A DNA stretch of 32,000 nucleotides. Origin: Synechococcus elongatus PCC 6301. Lineage in GTDB: Bacteria; Cyanobacteriota; Cyanobacteriia; Synechococcales; Synechococcaceae. The number at the start of each line of letters is the position of its first letter. The stretch's first letter is position 1. The position numbers were made by a program, and so were the translations under genes. The notes beneath the pieces were generated by a model. That model saw only the letters and a program-made list of their open reading frames with translations. It had not been told where the DNA came from and ran no database searches. Location: NCBI RefSeq assembly GCF_000010065.1, contig NC_006576.1, positions 1,110,001 to 1,142,000 of the forward strand, read 5' to 3'. Positions 8,996-20,806 of this stretch are shown piece after piece.

Positions 8996-10318
8996 ATGTC
9001 GCTGTTCAGTCGCCTTCGTTTTTCGGTTTACGGTTCGGCTCTGCTGGCTGCGAGTGGGGCAGTCTGCATTGGGATTTCAGCAGAACATGCCCGAGCGTTG
9101 CCCTGGCAGGACAGCCCCAAGGTCGTGCTCGATCAAGCTTGGCAACTCATCGATCGCGAGTACGTCGACCCCACCTTTAATCGTCAAGACTGGCAGGCCG
9201 TGCGGCGCGAACTCCTCAGCCGCAACTACGGTTCCAATGAAGAGGCCTATGCTGCCTTGCGATCAGCTCTGCGCCGGCTCGATGACCCCTACACCCGTTT
9301 CCTAGCGCCCGAACAATTCAAAACCCTGACGGAGCAAACGGCTGGGGAAGCCTCAGGGATTGGCATCGAGATTATTCCTGACAGCAAAGATAGTCGGCCG
9401 CGGATTCAGGCCATTCTCGACAACTCACCCGCCAGCAAAGGAGATGTTCAAGTTGGCGATCGCATCTTGGCGATCGATGCCGACTCCACCCGCGAACTCA
9501 CCCTCGATGAAGTTCGCAACCGCCTTCAGGGCAAGGTGGGCAGCGAGATCGACCTCAAACTGCAGCGGGGCGATCGCATTTTTTCTGTCAAGCTGACCCG
9601 CGTCCAGATTGAAATTCCCAGCGTTACCGCCGAGCTGCGGCAACATAGTGGCCGATCGGTGGGCTACATCCAGCTCCGAGAATTTACAGCTCACGCGGCG
9701 CGGGAAATGCGGACTTCGATTCGTAGTCTCGATGAGCAAGGCGCTACCTCCTACGTGCTCGATCTACGGGGCAATCCGGGCGGACTGCTCTACTCCAGCA
9801 TCGAGATCGCCCGCATGTGGCTTAACAACGGCACGATCGTCAAGACCGTCGATCGCAATGGCAAATCGGAGACAATCAACGCCAACAACAGCGCCATCAC
9901 CAACAAACCGCTGGCCGTCCTCGTCGATCAGAACTCTGCCAGTTCCAGCGAGATTCTGGTCGGAGCACTGAAGGATAACAATCGCGCCGTGGTCATCGGC
10001 CGCCAAACCTTTGGTAAAGCCCTCGTGCAGTCAGTTCACACCCTTGCCGATGGTTCGGGCTTAGCTGTCACTGTGGCTCACTACTACACGCCCAACGGCA
10101 CCGATTTGGGTAATCGGGGTATTCAACCCGATGTCGAGGTGCGCCTCAATCAGCGGCAGCAGGCTCTGCAGCGCAGCGACCCTAGCTTCTTGGGTTCCAA
10201 TCAAGACCCCACCTACGGCCAAGCGATCGCAACCCTCGAGCAGCGCACTGCCGAAAGCACGCCCAGCCCAGCGAGCTCGCCCCAGTTGAGTCAACGCCCC
10301 AGCGAGATTCGCCCTTGA
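8996..10318 (+). CDS. S41 family C-terminal processing peptidase (Ctp-type, PDZ plus tail-specific protease domain)
   Basis: 440 aa: signal sequence, PDZ region (GIGIEIIPDSKDSRPRIQAILDNSPASKGDVQVGDRILAIDADS), YVLDLRGNPGG, SASSSEILVGALKDNNRAVVIGRQTFGKALVQ (Ser/Lys catalytic region). Confidence 0.94.
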   Translation: MSLFSRLRFSVYGSALLAASGAVCIGISAEHARALPWQDSPKVVLDQAWQLIDREYVDPTFNRQDWQAVRRELLSRNYGSNEEAYAALRSALRRLDDPYTRFLAPEQFKTLTEQTAGEASGIGIEIIPDSKDSRPRIQAILDNSPASKGDVQVGDRILAIDADSTRELTLDEVRNRLQGKVGSEIDLKLQRGDRIFSVKLTRVQIEIPSVTAELRQHSGRSVGYIQLREFTAHAAREMRTSIRSLDEQGATSYVLDLRGNPGGLLYSSIEIARMWLNNGTIVKTVDRNGKSETINANNSAITNKPLAVLVDQNSASSSEILVGALKDNNRAVVIGRQTFGKALVQSVHTLADGSGLAVTVAHYYTPNGTDLGNRGIQPDVEVRLNQRQQALQRSDPSFLGSNQDPTYGQAIATLEQRTAESTPSPASSPQLSQRPSEIRP

Positions 10319-10737
10319 GTGCACTGCTCACCGATCCCCGCTATCAAGCGGGTATTGCCCTCTTTAACCAGCGGCAGTTCTACGCTTGCCACGATGTCTT
10401 CGAAGCGTTGTGGCACGAGGCGATCGAGCCCGATCGCACTTTTTTGCAAGGCGTTTTGCAGATTGCAGTCGGGCTGCATCATCTCTCCAATAGCAACCGA
10501 CGCGGTGCCACGATTCTGCTAGGGGAAGGCTGCGCCCGCCTGCAGGATTACCAACCCGACTATGCAACGGTGGATGTCAGCCACTTGCTCGCCCAGAGTC
10601 GACAGGTATTGCAAGCCCTCCAGGGTTTACCCAGCGAGGATTGCGGTGAGGCGATCGTGATCGGTTTGGGGCTGCGTGCTGGGACAGCTCCTAGCCTGCC
10701 CTGCCCTCAACTCTGTCTTCAAACGAGCGGGGTATGA
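10315..10737 (+). CDS. DUF309 domain protein
   Basis: Contains FNQRQFYACHDVFEALWHEAIEPDRTFLQGVLQIAVGLHHLSNSNRRGA, the DUF309 signature. TTG start overlaps the protease stop codon. Confidence 0.88.
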   Translation: MSALLTDPRYQAGIALFNQRQFYACHDVFEALWHEAIEPDRTFLQGVLQIAVGLHHLSNSNRRGATILLGEGCARLQDYQPDYATVDVSHLLAQSRQVLQALQGLPSEDCGEAIVIGLGLRAGTAPSLPCPQLCLQTSGV

Positions 10738-10774
10738 TTGGGGCGATCGCGCCCGCGTGACAAGGACGACAGGA

Positions 10775-11197
10775 ATGACAGCGGTAATTCGGCGACTGAT
10801 TTGGGGCATGAGCCTGTTCGCAGCGATCGCACCGGCTAGCTGGAGTTTTGCACAAACCACGAATGCGCCTGCACCGGCCCAGGCCGACCAAAGCCTGACC
10901 CTGTTCTCGGACATTCAAGAAGCGAATTCCAAAACTGGCGTCGTCACTGCCCGTGGCAATGTAGTGATTCTCTATCCCGCACGACAACTGCGAGCCACAG
11001 CGGCCCAAGCGCAGTATTTTTCACGGGAACGGCGGATTATTCTGACTGGCAATGTTTTCGTCCAGCAGGAAGGCGGCAACTCCCTCCGGGGCGAAACCGT
11101 GACCTATCTGATCGAAACCGGTAAGTTTGTAGCCCTGCCGACACCCCAAGGACAAGTGCAATCGATCTATAACCTTGATAGTGCTGAATCACCCTAG
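10775..11197 (+). CDS. LptA/OstA-like periplasmic lipopolysaccharide transport protein
   Basis: Likely start MTAVIRRLIWGMSLFAAIAPASWSFAQT (signal peptide), then LTLFSDIQEANSKTGVVTARGNVVILYPARQLRATAAQAQYFSRERRIILTGNVFVQQEGGNSLRGETVTYLIETG. Sits upstream of lptB. Confidence 0.82.
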   Translation: MTAVIRRLIWGMSLFAAIAPASWSFAQTTNAPAPAQADQSLTLFSDIQEANSKTGVVTARGNVVILYPARQLRATAAQAQYFSRERRIILTGNVFVQQEGGNSLRGETVTYLIETGKFVALPTPQGQVQSIYNLDSAESP

Positions 11198-11226
11198 GTC
11201 GCCGCTGACCCATAAGATGGGAACGT

Positions 11227-11979
11227 TTGCCGAGTACCGCTGCGATCGCTGTGAAGATTCGCCTAGAAAATGTTCGGAAGTCCTACGGCAAGCGCCTGAT
11301 TGTTAATCGCGTCAGCTTGTCCGTAGCCCAAGGCGAGGTTGTCGGGCTGCTCGGCCCCAATGGCGCGGGTAAAACCACGACGTTTTATATGACCACTGGC
11401 CTTGAACGGCCGGATGAAGGTCATGTCTGGCTGGATGAAACGGAACTCACCCGCCTGCCCATGACCCAGCGGGCCCGCCTTGGCATTGGCTATCTCGCCC
11501 AAGAGGCCAGTATCTTCCGGCATCTGACGGTGGTGGAGAACTTACTGCTAGTGCTGCAGCAAACTGGTATTCGGGGACGAGAACAGCGCCAGCGAGTTGA
11601 GGAACTGCTCAGCGAGTTTCGGCTTGAAAAAGTGGCTCACACCCAAGGTATTCGCGTCTCTGGGGGTGAACGTCGCCGCACCGAGATTGCCCGCGCCCTG
11701 GCTGTCGGCAGTCAGGGGCCAAAATTTTTGCTGCTGGATGAGCCCTTTGCCGGTATTGACCCGATTGCTGTGGCCGAAGTGCAGGAGATCATCGCCCGAC
11801 TCCGAGCCCAACAGATGGGCATTTTGATCACCGATCACAACGTGCGGGAAACCCTGAAGATCACCGATCGCGCCTACATTCTGCGGGACGGAGAAATCTT
11901 GGCAGCCGGCTCCGCCGAAGAGTTAGCGTCCAATCCTCTCGTCCGCCAATACTATTTGGGTGAAGACTTCGTTTTCTGA
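11227..11979 (+). CDS. lptB: LPS export ABC transporter ATP-binding protein LptB
   Basis: Walker [10 protein letters not shown], signature [14 protein letters not shown], Walker [14 protein letters not shown], and [23 protein letters not shown] typical of LptB. Confidence 0.95.
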   Translation: MPSTAAIAVKIRLENVRKSYGKRLIVNRVSLSVAQGEVVGLLGPNGAGKTTTFYMTTGLERPDEGHVWLDETELTRLPMTQRARLGIGYLAQEASIFRHLTVVENLLLVLQQTGIRGREQRQRVEELLSEFRLEKVAHTQGIRVSGGERRRTEIARALAVGSQGPKFLLLDEPFAGIDPIAVAEVQEIIARLRAQQMGILITDHNVRETLKITDRAYILRDGEILAAGSAEELASNPLVRQYYLGEDFVF

Positions 11980-12044
11980 GCTTCCCAGCACGCTTCGCGG
12001 CCTGTGGCGACGACCTCGGCGGTATGGCCTGAGCGTACGGGGGT

Positions 12045-13256
12045 TTGCAGCGAACCGCTAAACTTGGCAGCATGACTACTCCAGACCTCAGTCTTGCGTC
12101 ATCCTCAACCCAGCCCAAACCCAGCTTGCGGCTGCCATGGTGGGATCGAATCTCGATCATGGACCGCTACATCCTGCGGGAAATGTTGGGGCCTTTCCTG
12201 TTTGGGGTTGGCGCCTTCACTTCGGTAGGCCTGTCGATTGGGGTCGTCTTTGAACTCGTGCGGCAAGTCACAGAAGCAGGTCTGCCCCTGTCCGTCGCGG
12301 CCCAAGTCTTCCTGCTGAAAATGCCAGACTTTTTGGTCTTGGCTTTTCCGATGTCGATGCTGCTGTCAGCCTTGATGGCCTACAACCGGCTGTCTAGCGA
12401 CAGTGAATTGATTGCCCTGCGCAGCTGTGGCATCAGCAGCTACCGGTTTATTCTGCCAGGCATCTTGATGAGCATTGTGGTCACCGGTATGACCTTTGCT
12501 TTTTATGAATCGGTGGTGCCGGCGGCCAACTTTCAGGCTCAGGTGACACTGCAGACAGCACTCAACCAGACTCGGCCTCAGCTGGAAGAAAAAAACAATA
12601 TTGTCTACCAGCAATTCGATCGCAAGACCTCAGAGCTCGCACGCATTTTCTATGCCCGTCGCTACGACGGTGAGCAGATGCGAGGGCTGACGATTCTGGA
12701 CTTTACGCGCGGCGAACTCAGTCAGATTATTTCGGCAGAGACTGGGGTCTGGCATCCCGGAGATCAGCTCTGGGAATTTCGGAATGGCACCATTTACGGC
12801 GTTGCTCCCGACGGTTCCTACAGCGGCATCGCCACCTTCAAGTCGCAGGAATTCACAATTCCTGAAACTCCCCTGAGTATTGCTAGCCAGAGTCGCGACG
12901 AGACGCAGATGAATGCAACCCAAATCTGGCAATATCTGCGCGTGCTGCGGCAAACCAACAATACGGCTGACATCCGCAAGTGGGAGGTACGCCTGCAGCA
13001 GAAGTTAGCCTTACCCTTTGTCTGTGTTGCCTTTGGCTTAATTGGTGCCAGTTTAGGTACTGCTCCGAACCAGCGGACTGGACGCGCTACGGGCTTTGGC
13101 ATCAGTGTGCTGATTATCTTTTCCTACTACCTGCTGGCCTTTGTGACAGGAGCCTTGGGCATCAATGGCACCCTGCCAACGCTACTAGCCGGTTGGTTTC
13201 CCTGGCTGTTGGGCATGGGGGTCGGACTGTACCTGCTGCGTCAGACTGCTCGCTAG
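12045..13256 (+). CDS. LptF/LptG family permease (YjgP/YjgQ)
   Basis: MDRYILREMLGPFLFGVGAFTSVGLSIG...LPDFLVLAFPMSMLLSALMAYNRLSSDSELIALRSCGIS and C-terminal TM region. Actual start may be ATG 12075 or later. Confidence 0.92.
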   Translation: MQRTAKLGSMTTPDLSLASSSTQPKPSLRLPWWDRISIMDRYILREMLGPFLFGVGAFTSVGLSIGVVFELVRQVTEAGLPLSVAAQVFLLKMPDFLVLAFPMSMLLSALMAYNRLSSDSELIALRSCGISSYRFILPGILMSIVVTGMTFAFYESVVPAANFQAQVTLQTALNQTRPQLEEKNNIVYQQFDRKTSELARIFYARRYDGEQMRGLTILDFTRGELSQIISAETGVWHPGDQLWEFRNGTIYGVAPDGSYSGIATFKSQEFTIPETPLSIASQSRDETQMNATQIWQYLRVLRQTNNTADIRKWEVRLQQKLALPFVCVAFGLIGASLGTAPNQRTGRATGFGISVLIIFSYYLLAFVTGALGINGTLPTLLAGWFPWLLGMGVGLYLLRQTAR

Positions 13257-13300
13257 ATCCCGTCAGCCCTTAGGATCAAAACAATTGCGACGCTACCGCC

Positions 13301-14278
13301 ATGAATCTGGTCAGCCTTCAGAACAGTCTGGATAACGCAACCTTTGCCATCCTGCTGCCCACCCTGCTCTGCTACTGGACAGGTGTGGCCTTCCCGAATC
13401 TGAAGGGATTGCCAGCGATCGGGACGGCGGGGATGGCGATCGCGAATCTCTGTATGGCGGCGCTACTGGGAGCACGTTGGCTAGAGGCGGGCTACTTCCC
13501 GATCAGCAATCTCTACGAATCCCTGTTCTTTCTGGCTTGGGGACTAACCGCCATTCACCTCTTGGCCGAAAAGTTGAGCGGCAGTCGCCTCGTGGGCGCA
13601 GCCACCTCACCGTTAGCGCTAGGGATTGTGGCCTTTGCCGCCTTTACGCTGCCCAAGGAGATGCGACAGGCTGAGCCGCTCGTGCCAGCGCTGAAGTCGA
13701 ACTGGCTGATGATGCACGTCAGCGTGATGATGGTCAGCTATGCGGCACTGCTAGTCGGCTCTCTACTGAGCGTTGCTTTTTTGGTGGTGACCCGTGGTCA
13801 GGCGATCGAATTGCGCGGTAGTTCCGTTGGCACAGGCAGTTTCCGGCAGGTGAAGCTCAACCGAGCGAGTGACCTCACGATCGCGACTGCAGAGTCTGGG
13901 GGAAGCGGCGGTACCGCTGTCCTCGAGCAACCGGTGCTGCAGCTCGCGCCAGAGCAGCTCAGCTTGGCCGATACCCTAGACAACGTCAGCTATCGAGTGA
14001 TTGGTCTGGGCTTCCCTCTGCTGACGATTGGCATCATTGCCGGCGCAGTGTGGGCCAATGAGGCTTGGGGCTCTTACTGGAGCTGGGATCCGAAGGAAAC
14101 CTGGGCGTTGATCACCTGGCTCGTCTTTGCGGCCTACCTCCATGCCCGGATTACGCGGGGCTGGCAAGGACGGCGACCCGCCATTCTGGCAACCGTTGGT
14201 TTTGGCGTGGTGTGGGTCTGCTATTTGGGCGTCAACTTGCTTGGCAAGGGCTTGCACAGTTACGGTTGGTTCTTCTAA
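13301..14278 (+). CDS. ccsA: System II cytochrome c biogenesis protein (CcsA/Ycf5-like; also annotated CcsB in some schemes)
   Basis: [39 protein letters not shown]...[14 protein letters not shown] contains the WWD-type haem-handling motif and family C-terminus. Confidence 0.9.
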   Translation: MNLVSLQNSLDNATFAILLPTLLCYWTGVAFPNLKGLPAIGTAGMAIANLCMAALLGARWLEAGYFPISNLYESLFFLAWGLTAIHLLAEKLSGSRLVGAATSPLALGIVAFAAFTLPKEMRQAEPLVPALKSNWLMMHVSVMMVSYAALLVGSLLSVAFLVVTRGQAIELRGSSVGTGSFRQVKLNRASDLTIATAESGGSGGTAVLEQPVLQLAPEQLSLADTLDNVSYRVIGLGFPLLTIGIIAGAVWANEAWGSYWSWDPKETWALITWLVFAAYLHARITRGWQGRRPAILATVGFGVVWVCYLGVNLLGKGLHSYGWFF

Positions 14279-14299
14279 CCGAACACTGAGAACGGATTC

Positions 14300-14950
14300 A
14301 TGGCCGATCGCACGCCTGCACAAGCTGTTTTTTGTGACTTCGACGGCACAATCACGACGGAAGACACCTTTGTGCGGGTGCTGGAAGCCTTTGCGCCCGA
14401 GGCTTGGGCAGCAGTCTGCGATGACCTCTTTGCCTTTCGGATCAGCTTGCGCCAGAGCATCCGTCAGGTGATGGCGACGATTCCTTGCGATCGCCTACCG
14501 GAAATGCAGGCTTTAGTCGCCACCTATCCAGTACGGTCGGGCTTTGTCGAACTGCTGGACGATCTGGAGGCGCGAAATATTCCCTTCTACGTCGTCTCGG
14601 GGGGCCTGCGTTGTCTTGTTGAAGCAGTGCTTCATCCCTGGCGATCGCGCTTGGCGGGACTATATGCCGCTGAAGTCGATCTCAGTGGCCCAACCATTCA
14701 GGTCTACTCAGACTTTGAATCCGATCAAGAACTGGTCGCGAAAGTCCAAGTTCTCGACAAGGTCGGAGCCTCGCAAGCGATCGCGATCGGCGACTCGATC
14801 ACGGACGTGAATTTAGGCATGGCTGCCGATCTGGTCTTCGCCCGTCCCCACCTAGCAGACTACCTGCGCGATCGTGGCAAACAATCACTGCCCTGGGACA
14901 GCTTCCACGACGTCCGCCAAGAACTCCAGCGCCGCTGGAGTCGTCACTAA
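14300..14950 (+). CDS. HAD-family phosphatase, MtnX-like
   Basis: FCDFDGTITTEDTF (motif I), YVVSGGLRCLVEAVL (motif II), IAIGDSITDVNLGMAADLVFAR (motif IV). Confidence 0.85.
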   Translation: MADRTPAQAVFCDFDGTITTEDTFVRVLEAFAPEAWAAVCDDLFAFRISLRQSIRQVMATIPCDRLPEMQALVATYPVRSGFVELLDDLEARNIPFYVVSGGLRCLVEAVLHPWRSRLAGLYAAEVDLSGPTIQVYSDFESDQELVAKVQVLDKVGASQAIAIGDSITDVNLGMAADLVFARPHLADYLRDRGKQSLPWDSFHDVRQELQRRWSRH

Positions 14951-15420
14951 CGGGGCTTGCAGTACTGATTGTGCAGCCGCTGTACTTCCACCAGGCGATC
15001 GCTGCGGGCCTGTACCGCGTAGGCTTCAGCTTCGAGCTGCTGGCGGCGAGGATCGCGATAGCTCAAAAACGAGCGCCGTAGTTGCGGGGGTGGATCGTAG
15101 GGCAAGCCAAGCACTTGCAACTGGGTGCGTCCCGCGCAAAATTGAGCTGCGTGAACTGCCTCATGGACGAGGGTGACTTCATCCAGACCCAGTTCAAACA
15201 CGACGGGATTGACCACAATCAGCCGTTCCTTGGGAGCGAAGTAGCCGTAGAGGCCCTCTCGACCAGGTTGGCGAATTTGGACGCGAAAACCAAAGCGGTT
15301 GAGGCTTTGCAATAGGGGCTGGAGTGTTGCCGACCAAGGGGACGCGATCGCGGGTTGAGAAAGCAAGGCCAAGCTGGCGATCGCGATCGCGGTGATCACT
15401 GACTTGGGAGATCGTCCCAT
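14947..15420 (-). CDS. Exported hypothetical protein with HEXXH putative zinc-peptidase motif
   Basis: 157 aa with signal peptide (SVITAIAIASLALLSQPAIAS), then VTLVHEAVHAAQFCAG and downstream RRQQLEAEAYAVQARSDR. Convergent 4-nt overlap with the HAD gene. Confidence 0.75.
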   Translation of the reverse strand: MGRSPKSVITAIAIASLALLSQPAIASPWSATLQPLLQSLNRFGFRVQIRQPGREGLYGYFAPKERLIVVNPVVFELGLDEVTLVHEAVHAAQFCAGRTQLQVLGLPYDPPPQLRRSFLSYRDPRRQQLEAEAYAVQARSDRLVEVQRLHNQYCKPR

Positions 15421-15458
15421 GCTGGTCTTCTGCCCGTTCGACTGGACTGGCTTGCAGG

Positions 15459-16589
15459 CTAGCGCATTCCGGGCAAAAAGCCGGTGGTTAAGCGACGAAT
15501 CACGCGGGTGGCAATGTCGCTGTAGTCCAACTCTCCCACCAGAATTTGCGCCATCCGTTGCGGTGCTGTCGGGCGCTTGATCCCAATCTGATAGCCGAGG
15601 TTAGGGACCCGATAGAAAACACTGGAGATCCGCTTGGCCCAGGCCATGCTGTCACCCCACTCCTGCTGGATCGTGCGGCTATAGCCAGCGAGTGCGTTGC
15701 GATCACCGGCGATCGCGCGATCGATCGCTTCGGCAGCTCGCATGCCACTCAGCAGCGCCGGACGAATGCCTTCCGCAGTGAAGGGATCGGTGAGAGAAGC
15801 GGCTTCCCCCACCAGCAGCGCTGAGCCGCGGTGCAAGGGCTGGGAGCCATCCCAAACGCAGAGCGGATGGGGAACAATGCGATCGAGGTCAGCGCTCACA
15901 CCAAATCCAGCGAGATAGGTTTCGAGCAAGCCCCGAAAGTCGGTGGCATCGTTGCCGCGAAAGGTACCAATCCCGATCGAGTAGCCATCGGATTTGGGAA
16001 AGACCCAGATGTAGCCATTGCGGACTAGACCGAATTCAAAATGAGCAGTGCTGTCCGGACGGGCTGGCAGGGGCACATCCAATTCGCAGGCTTGGGCGTA
16101 GCGCCGTTTCTGACTCGGGAAACCCAGCCATTGCGCCAGCGGCCCACGGGCACCATCCGCGGCAATCAGGGTGCGACTACGGTAGGCGCGATCGCCCACG
16201 GTAACCAGCCAACCATCGCCTTCCGCAGAGACTGCCGTAACCGCCGCCCCATCCTCAATGCGGGCGCCTAAGTTCGCTGCTTGCTCGACCAAAAAATGAT
16301 CGAAGCGATCGCGTCGCACCATCCAGAACGGTTCTTCGCTCGGCAATTCAGCCTCGACCGGATCGCCCAGTTTCCAAGTGAATCGGAGCCGATCGACGCC
16401 ATGGTCAACCACCGATCGCAGATCACAATCAAACCAGCGAGCGACCTGAGGCGAGACGCCACCTGCACAGGCTTTCTGTCGGGGCAACTGAGCCTGCTCC
16501 AACAGCAACACTTGGCGATCGCGCCGTGCCAGATGATAAGCCGCACTCCCACCGGCGGGGCCAGCCCCAACAACAATGCAGTCCAGCAT
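15459..16589 (-). CDS. Geranylgeranyl reductase family FAD-dependent oxidoreductase
   Basis: DCIVVGAGPAGGSAAYHLARRDRQVLLLEQ dinucleotide-binding motif, KACAGGVSPQVARWFDCD, GYIWVFPKSDGYSIGIGTF, GSALLVGEAASLTDPFTAEGIRPALLSG. Confidence 0.88.
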   Translation of the reverse strand: MLDCIVVGAGPAGGSAAYHLARRDRQVLLLEQAQLPRQKACAGGVSPQVARWFDCDLRSVVDHGVDRLRFTWKLGDPVEAELPSEEPFWMVRRDRFDHFLVEQAANLGARIEDGAAVTAVSAEGDGWLVTVGDRAYRSRTLIAADGARGPLAQWLGFPSQKRRYAQACELDVPLPARPDSTAHFEFGLVRNGYIWVFPKSDGYSIGIGTFRGNDATDFRGLLETYLAGFGVSADLDRIVPHPLCVWDGSQPLHRGSALLVGEAASLTDPFTAEGIRPALLSGMRAAEAIDRAIAGDRNALAGYSRTIQQEWGDSMAWAKRISSVFYRVPNLGYQIGIKRPTAPQRMAQILVGELDYSDIATRVIRRLTTGFLPGMR

Positions 16590-16595
16590 GACGGC

Positions 16596-17904
<1,309 letters not shown>

Positions 17905-18012
17905 TCACTGCGATCGCAACTAAAGCCAGAGATGTGAGGAGGGGATCCGGCCTTTGGTAGACTCAACTGTTGGAATCCCCAGAAGCAATCATCCGTAAGG
18001 AGTCAGGACGGC

Positions 18013-19050
18013 GTGGAGAAGACGATCGGTCTCGAGATTATTGAAGTTGTCGAGCAGGCAGCGATCGCCTCGGCCCGCCTGATGGGCAAAGGCGAAAAGA
18101 ATGAAGCCGATCGCGTCGCAGTAGAAGCGATGCGGGTGCGGATGAACCAAGTGGAAATGCTGGGCCGCATCGTCATCGGTGAAGGCGAGCGCGACGAAGC
18201 ACCGATGCTCTATATCGGTGAAGAAGTGGGCATCTACCGCGATGCAGACAAGCGGGCTGGCGTACCGGCTGGCAAGCTGGTGGAAATCGACATCGCCGTT
18301 GACCCCTGCGAAGGCACCAACCTCTGCGCCTACGGTCAGCCCGGCTCGATGGCAGTTTTGGCCATCTCCGAGAAAGGCGGCCTGTTTGCAGCTCCCGACT
18401 TCTACATGAAGAAACTGGCTGCACCCCCAGCTGCCAAAGGCAAAGTAGACATCAATAAGTCCGCGACCGAAAACCTGAAAATTCTCTCGGAATGTCTCGA
18501 TCGCGCCATCGATGAATTGGTGGTCGTGGTCATGGATCGTCCCCGCCACAAAGAGCTAATCCAAGAGATCCGCCAAGCGGGTGCCCGCGTCCGTCTGATC
18601 AGCGATGGTGACGTTTCGGCCGCGATCTCCTGCGGTTTTGCTGGCACCAACACCCACGCCCTGATGGGCATCGGTGCAGCTCCCGAGGGTGTGATTTCGG
18701 CAGCAGCAATGCGTTGCCTCGGCGGTCACTTCCAAGGCCAGCTGATCTACGACCCAGAAGTGGTCAAAACCGGCCTGATCGGTGAAAGCCGTGAGAGCAA
18801 CATCGCTCGCCTGCAAGAAATGGGCATCACCGATCCCGATCGCGTCTACGACGCCAACGAACTGGCTTCGGGTCAAGAAGTGCTGTTTGCGGCTTGCGGT
18901 ATCACCCCGGGCTTGCTGATGGAAGGCGTGCGCTTCTTCAAAGGCGGCGCTCGCACCCAGAGCTTGGTGATCTCCAGCCAGTCACGGACGGCTCGCTTCG
19001 TTGACACCGTTCACATGTTCGACGATGTCAAAACGGTTAGCCTCCGTTAA
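18013..19050 (+). CDS. glpX: Class II fructose-1,6-bisphosphatase / sedoheptulose-1,7-bisphosphatase (GlpX family)
   Basis: 345 aa [41 protein letters not shown]...[21 protein letters not shown]...VDPCEGTNL...; GTG start. Confidence 0.96.
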   Translation: MEKTIGLEIIEVVEQAAIASARLMGKGEKNEADRVAVEAMRVRMNQVEMLGRIVIGEGERDEAPMLYIGEEVGIYRDADKRAGVPAGKLVEIDIAVDPCEGTNLCAYGQPGSMAVLAISEKGGLFAAPDFYMKKLAAPPAAKGKVDINKSATENLKILSECLDRAIDELVVVVMDRPRHKELIQEIRQAGARVRLISDGDVSAAISCGFAGTNTHALMGIGAAPEGVISAAAMRCLGGHFQGQLIYDPEVVKTGLIGESRESNIARLQEMGITDPDRVYDANELASGQEVLFAACGITPGLLMEGVRFFKGGARTQSLVISSQSRTARFVDTVHMFDDVKTVSLR

Positions 19051-19095
19051 TTCCTGATCCCAAATGGCGGCCGGAGCGGTAGAACGGGTATAGCT

Positions 19096-19118
19096 CGATC
19101 GCTTCGGTCGTTGTTTTT
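19096..19118 (+). terminator. Candidate intrinsic terminator downstream of glpX
   Basis: CGATCG-CTT-CGGTCG (6 bp stem including one G-U pair) followed by TTGTTTTT. Short stem, so moderate support only. Confidence 0.4.
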
Positions 19119-19181
19119 CAGCGAATCCATTTGCGATCGCTTTTCAAACCCTTTTTTCGTCAACCTTCTTTAAACGCCCTC

Positions 19182-20498
19182 ATGCATCTCGCAGTTGTCG
19201 GCCTCAGCCATCGGACAGCACCGGTTGCCGTGCGCGAGAAGCTGAGCATCCCTGAACAGCAAGTTGAAGCCGCGATTCAGCAGCTGAAAAGCTACCCACA
19301 CATCGAAGAGGTGGCGATCCTCAGCACCTGCAACCGCCTCGAGATCTACTGTGTCACCCGTGCTACTGAGCCCGGCGTGCGCGAAATCACCCAATTTTTG
19401 TCTGAGCACAGCCATCTGCCCTTAGGGGAGTTGCGGCCTCACCTGTTTGTCTTACTCCATCAAGACGCCGTCATGCACCTGATGCGGGTGGCGGCAGGCC
19501 TCGACAGTTTGGTGCTGGGCGAAGGCCAGATTCTGTCCCAAGTCAAAACCATGTACAAGCTGGGGCAGCAGTACGAGGGCGTCGGTCGCATCCTCAATCG
19601 TCTGCTCAAACAGGCCGTCACCGCTGGCAAGCGTGTCCGCACGGAAACCAGCATTGGCACCGGCGCAGTCTCGATCAGTTCGGCAGCGGTGGAACTAGCG
19701 CAGCTCAAGGTCATTGCACGGGACGATCGCAGCGACGGCAACCTTGCGGGTCAGCGAGTGCTGATCCTGGGGGCAGGCAAGATGTCGCGTCTCCTCGTTC
19801 AACACCTAATTGCAAAAGGGGCTGACACGATTCAGATCCTCAACCGCACCTTGGGTCGGGCGGAAGAACTAGCCAAACAATACGGCGGTGATCTCCAGAT
19901 TCAGGTTGGTCTGCTCTCGGGCTTGATGAATGCGATCGTGGAAGCAGACATCGTCTTCACCAGCACTTCAGCGACGGATCCCATCCTCGATCGCGCCAAG
20001 CTGGAGATGGTGCTGGCCCCTGAACAGCGGCTGATGCTGATCGATATTGCCGTGCCGCGTAACGTAGCTGCGGATGTGGTGGAACTGACGAGCGTTGAGT
20101 CCTACAACGTTGATGACCTACGCGAGGTCGTCGCCCAAAACCAAGAGAGCCGCCGCAAGCTAGCGGAAGAAGCAGAAGCCCTGTTGGAAGAAGAGGTCGA
20201 TGCCTTCGATAACTGGTGGCAGTCTCTGGATACGGTGCCAACGATCAACTGCCTGCGCGACAAGATTGAGATGATTCGCGAGCAGGAACTCGAGAAAGCG
20301 CTGTCGCGGCTGGGCACGGAGTTTGGCGACAAACATCAAGCGGTGGTGGAAGCCCTGACTCGTGGCATCGTCAACAAAATCCTGCATGACCCGATGGTGC
20401 AGCTGCGATCGCAACAGGATATCGAAGCCCGCCGCCGGGCCGTCGATGCCCTGCAAATGCTGTTCAATCTCGATCCACAAGGACAGTTGAGTAGCTGA
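19182..20498 (+). CDS. hemA: Glutamyl-tRNA reductase
   Basis: Start [24 protein letters not shown]; contains [50 protein letters not shown]. The track ORF begins 17 codons upstream. Confidence 0.96.
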   Translation: MHLAVVGLSHRTAPVAVREKLSIPEQQVEAAIQQLKSYPHIEEVAILSTCNRLEIYCVTRATEPGVREITQFLSEHSHLPLGELRPHLFVLLHQDAVMHLMRVAAGLDSLVLGEGQILSQVKTMYKLGQQYEGVGRILNRLLKQAVTAGKRVRTETSIGTGAVSISSAAVELAQLKVIARDDRSDGNLAGQRVLILGAGKMSRLLVQHLIAKGADTIQILNRTLGRAEELAKQYGGDLQIQVGLLSGLMNAIVEADIVFTSTSATDPILDRAKLEMVLAPEQRLMLIDIAVPRNVAADVVELTSVESYNVDDLREVVAQNQESRRKLAEEAEALLEEEVDAFDNWWQSLDTVPTINCLRDKIEMIREQELEKALSRLGTEFGDKHQAVVEALTRGIVNKILHDPMVQLRSQQDIEARRRAVDALQMLFNLDPQGQLSS

Positions 20499-20806
20499 TG
20501 GTCGTTGAATGGCTGAAATTTGCAGTTCCAGCGACTGAGCAAGCGGCGTTCCTAGCTGCCGATGCGGCGGTTTGGACGCCCCTCCTGAGCCGCTATCCGG
20601 GCTATTTGCGCAAGGAAGTTTGGCAAGATCCCAGCGATCGCGATCACCTAGTGATGGTCATTCACTGGCAAAGTCGCGAGCAATGGAAAAGTATCCCTGA
20701 AGATGTGTTGATCGAGGGCGATCGCCGCTTTCAGGCTCAACTCGGGCGTGAGTATCCGCTCGTGGAAGCGCAGGAATTTGCGATCGTTCCCCAGCCTGAG
20801 ATCTGA
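20498..20806 (+). CDS. Antibiotic-biosynthesis-monooxygenase-like dimeric alpha-beta barrel protein (TIGR03792-like)
   Basis: 102 aa [67 protein letters not shown]. Start overlaps hemA stop (TGATG). Confidence 0.7.
   Translation: MVVEWLKFAVPATEQAAFLAADAAVWTPLLSRYPGYLRKEVWQDPSDRDHLVMVIHWQSREQWKSIPEDVLIEGDRRFQAQLGREYPLVEAQEFAIVPQPEI

Noticed and set aside
17989-18549. 186-aa minus-strand ORF opposite glpX, with phrases such as HDHDHQF and HVEVGSC
   Set aside because: His-rich look comes from reading the complement of GlpX codons. glpX is unambiguous, so no independent support.
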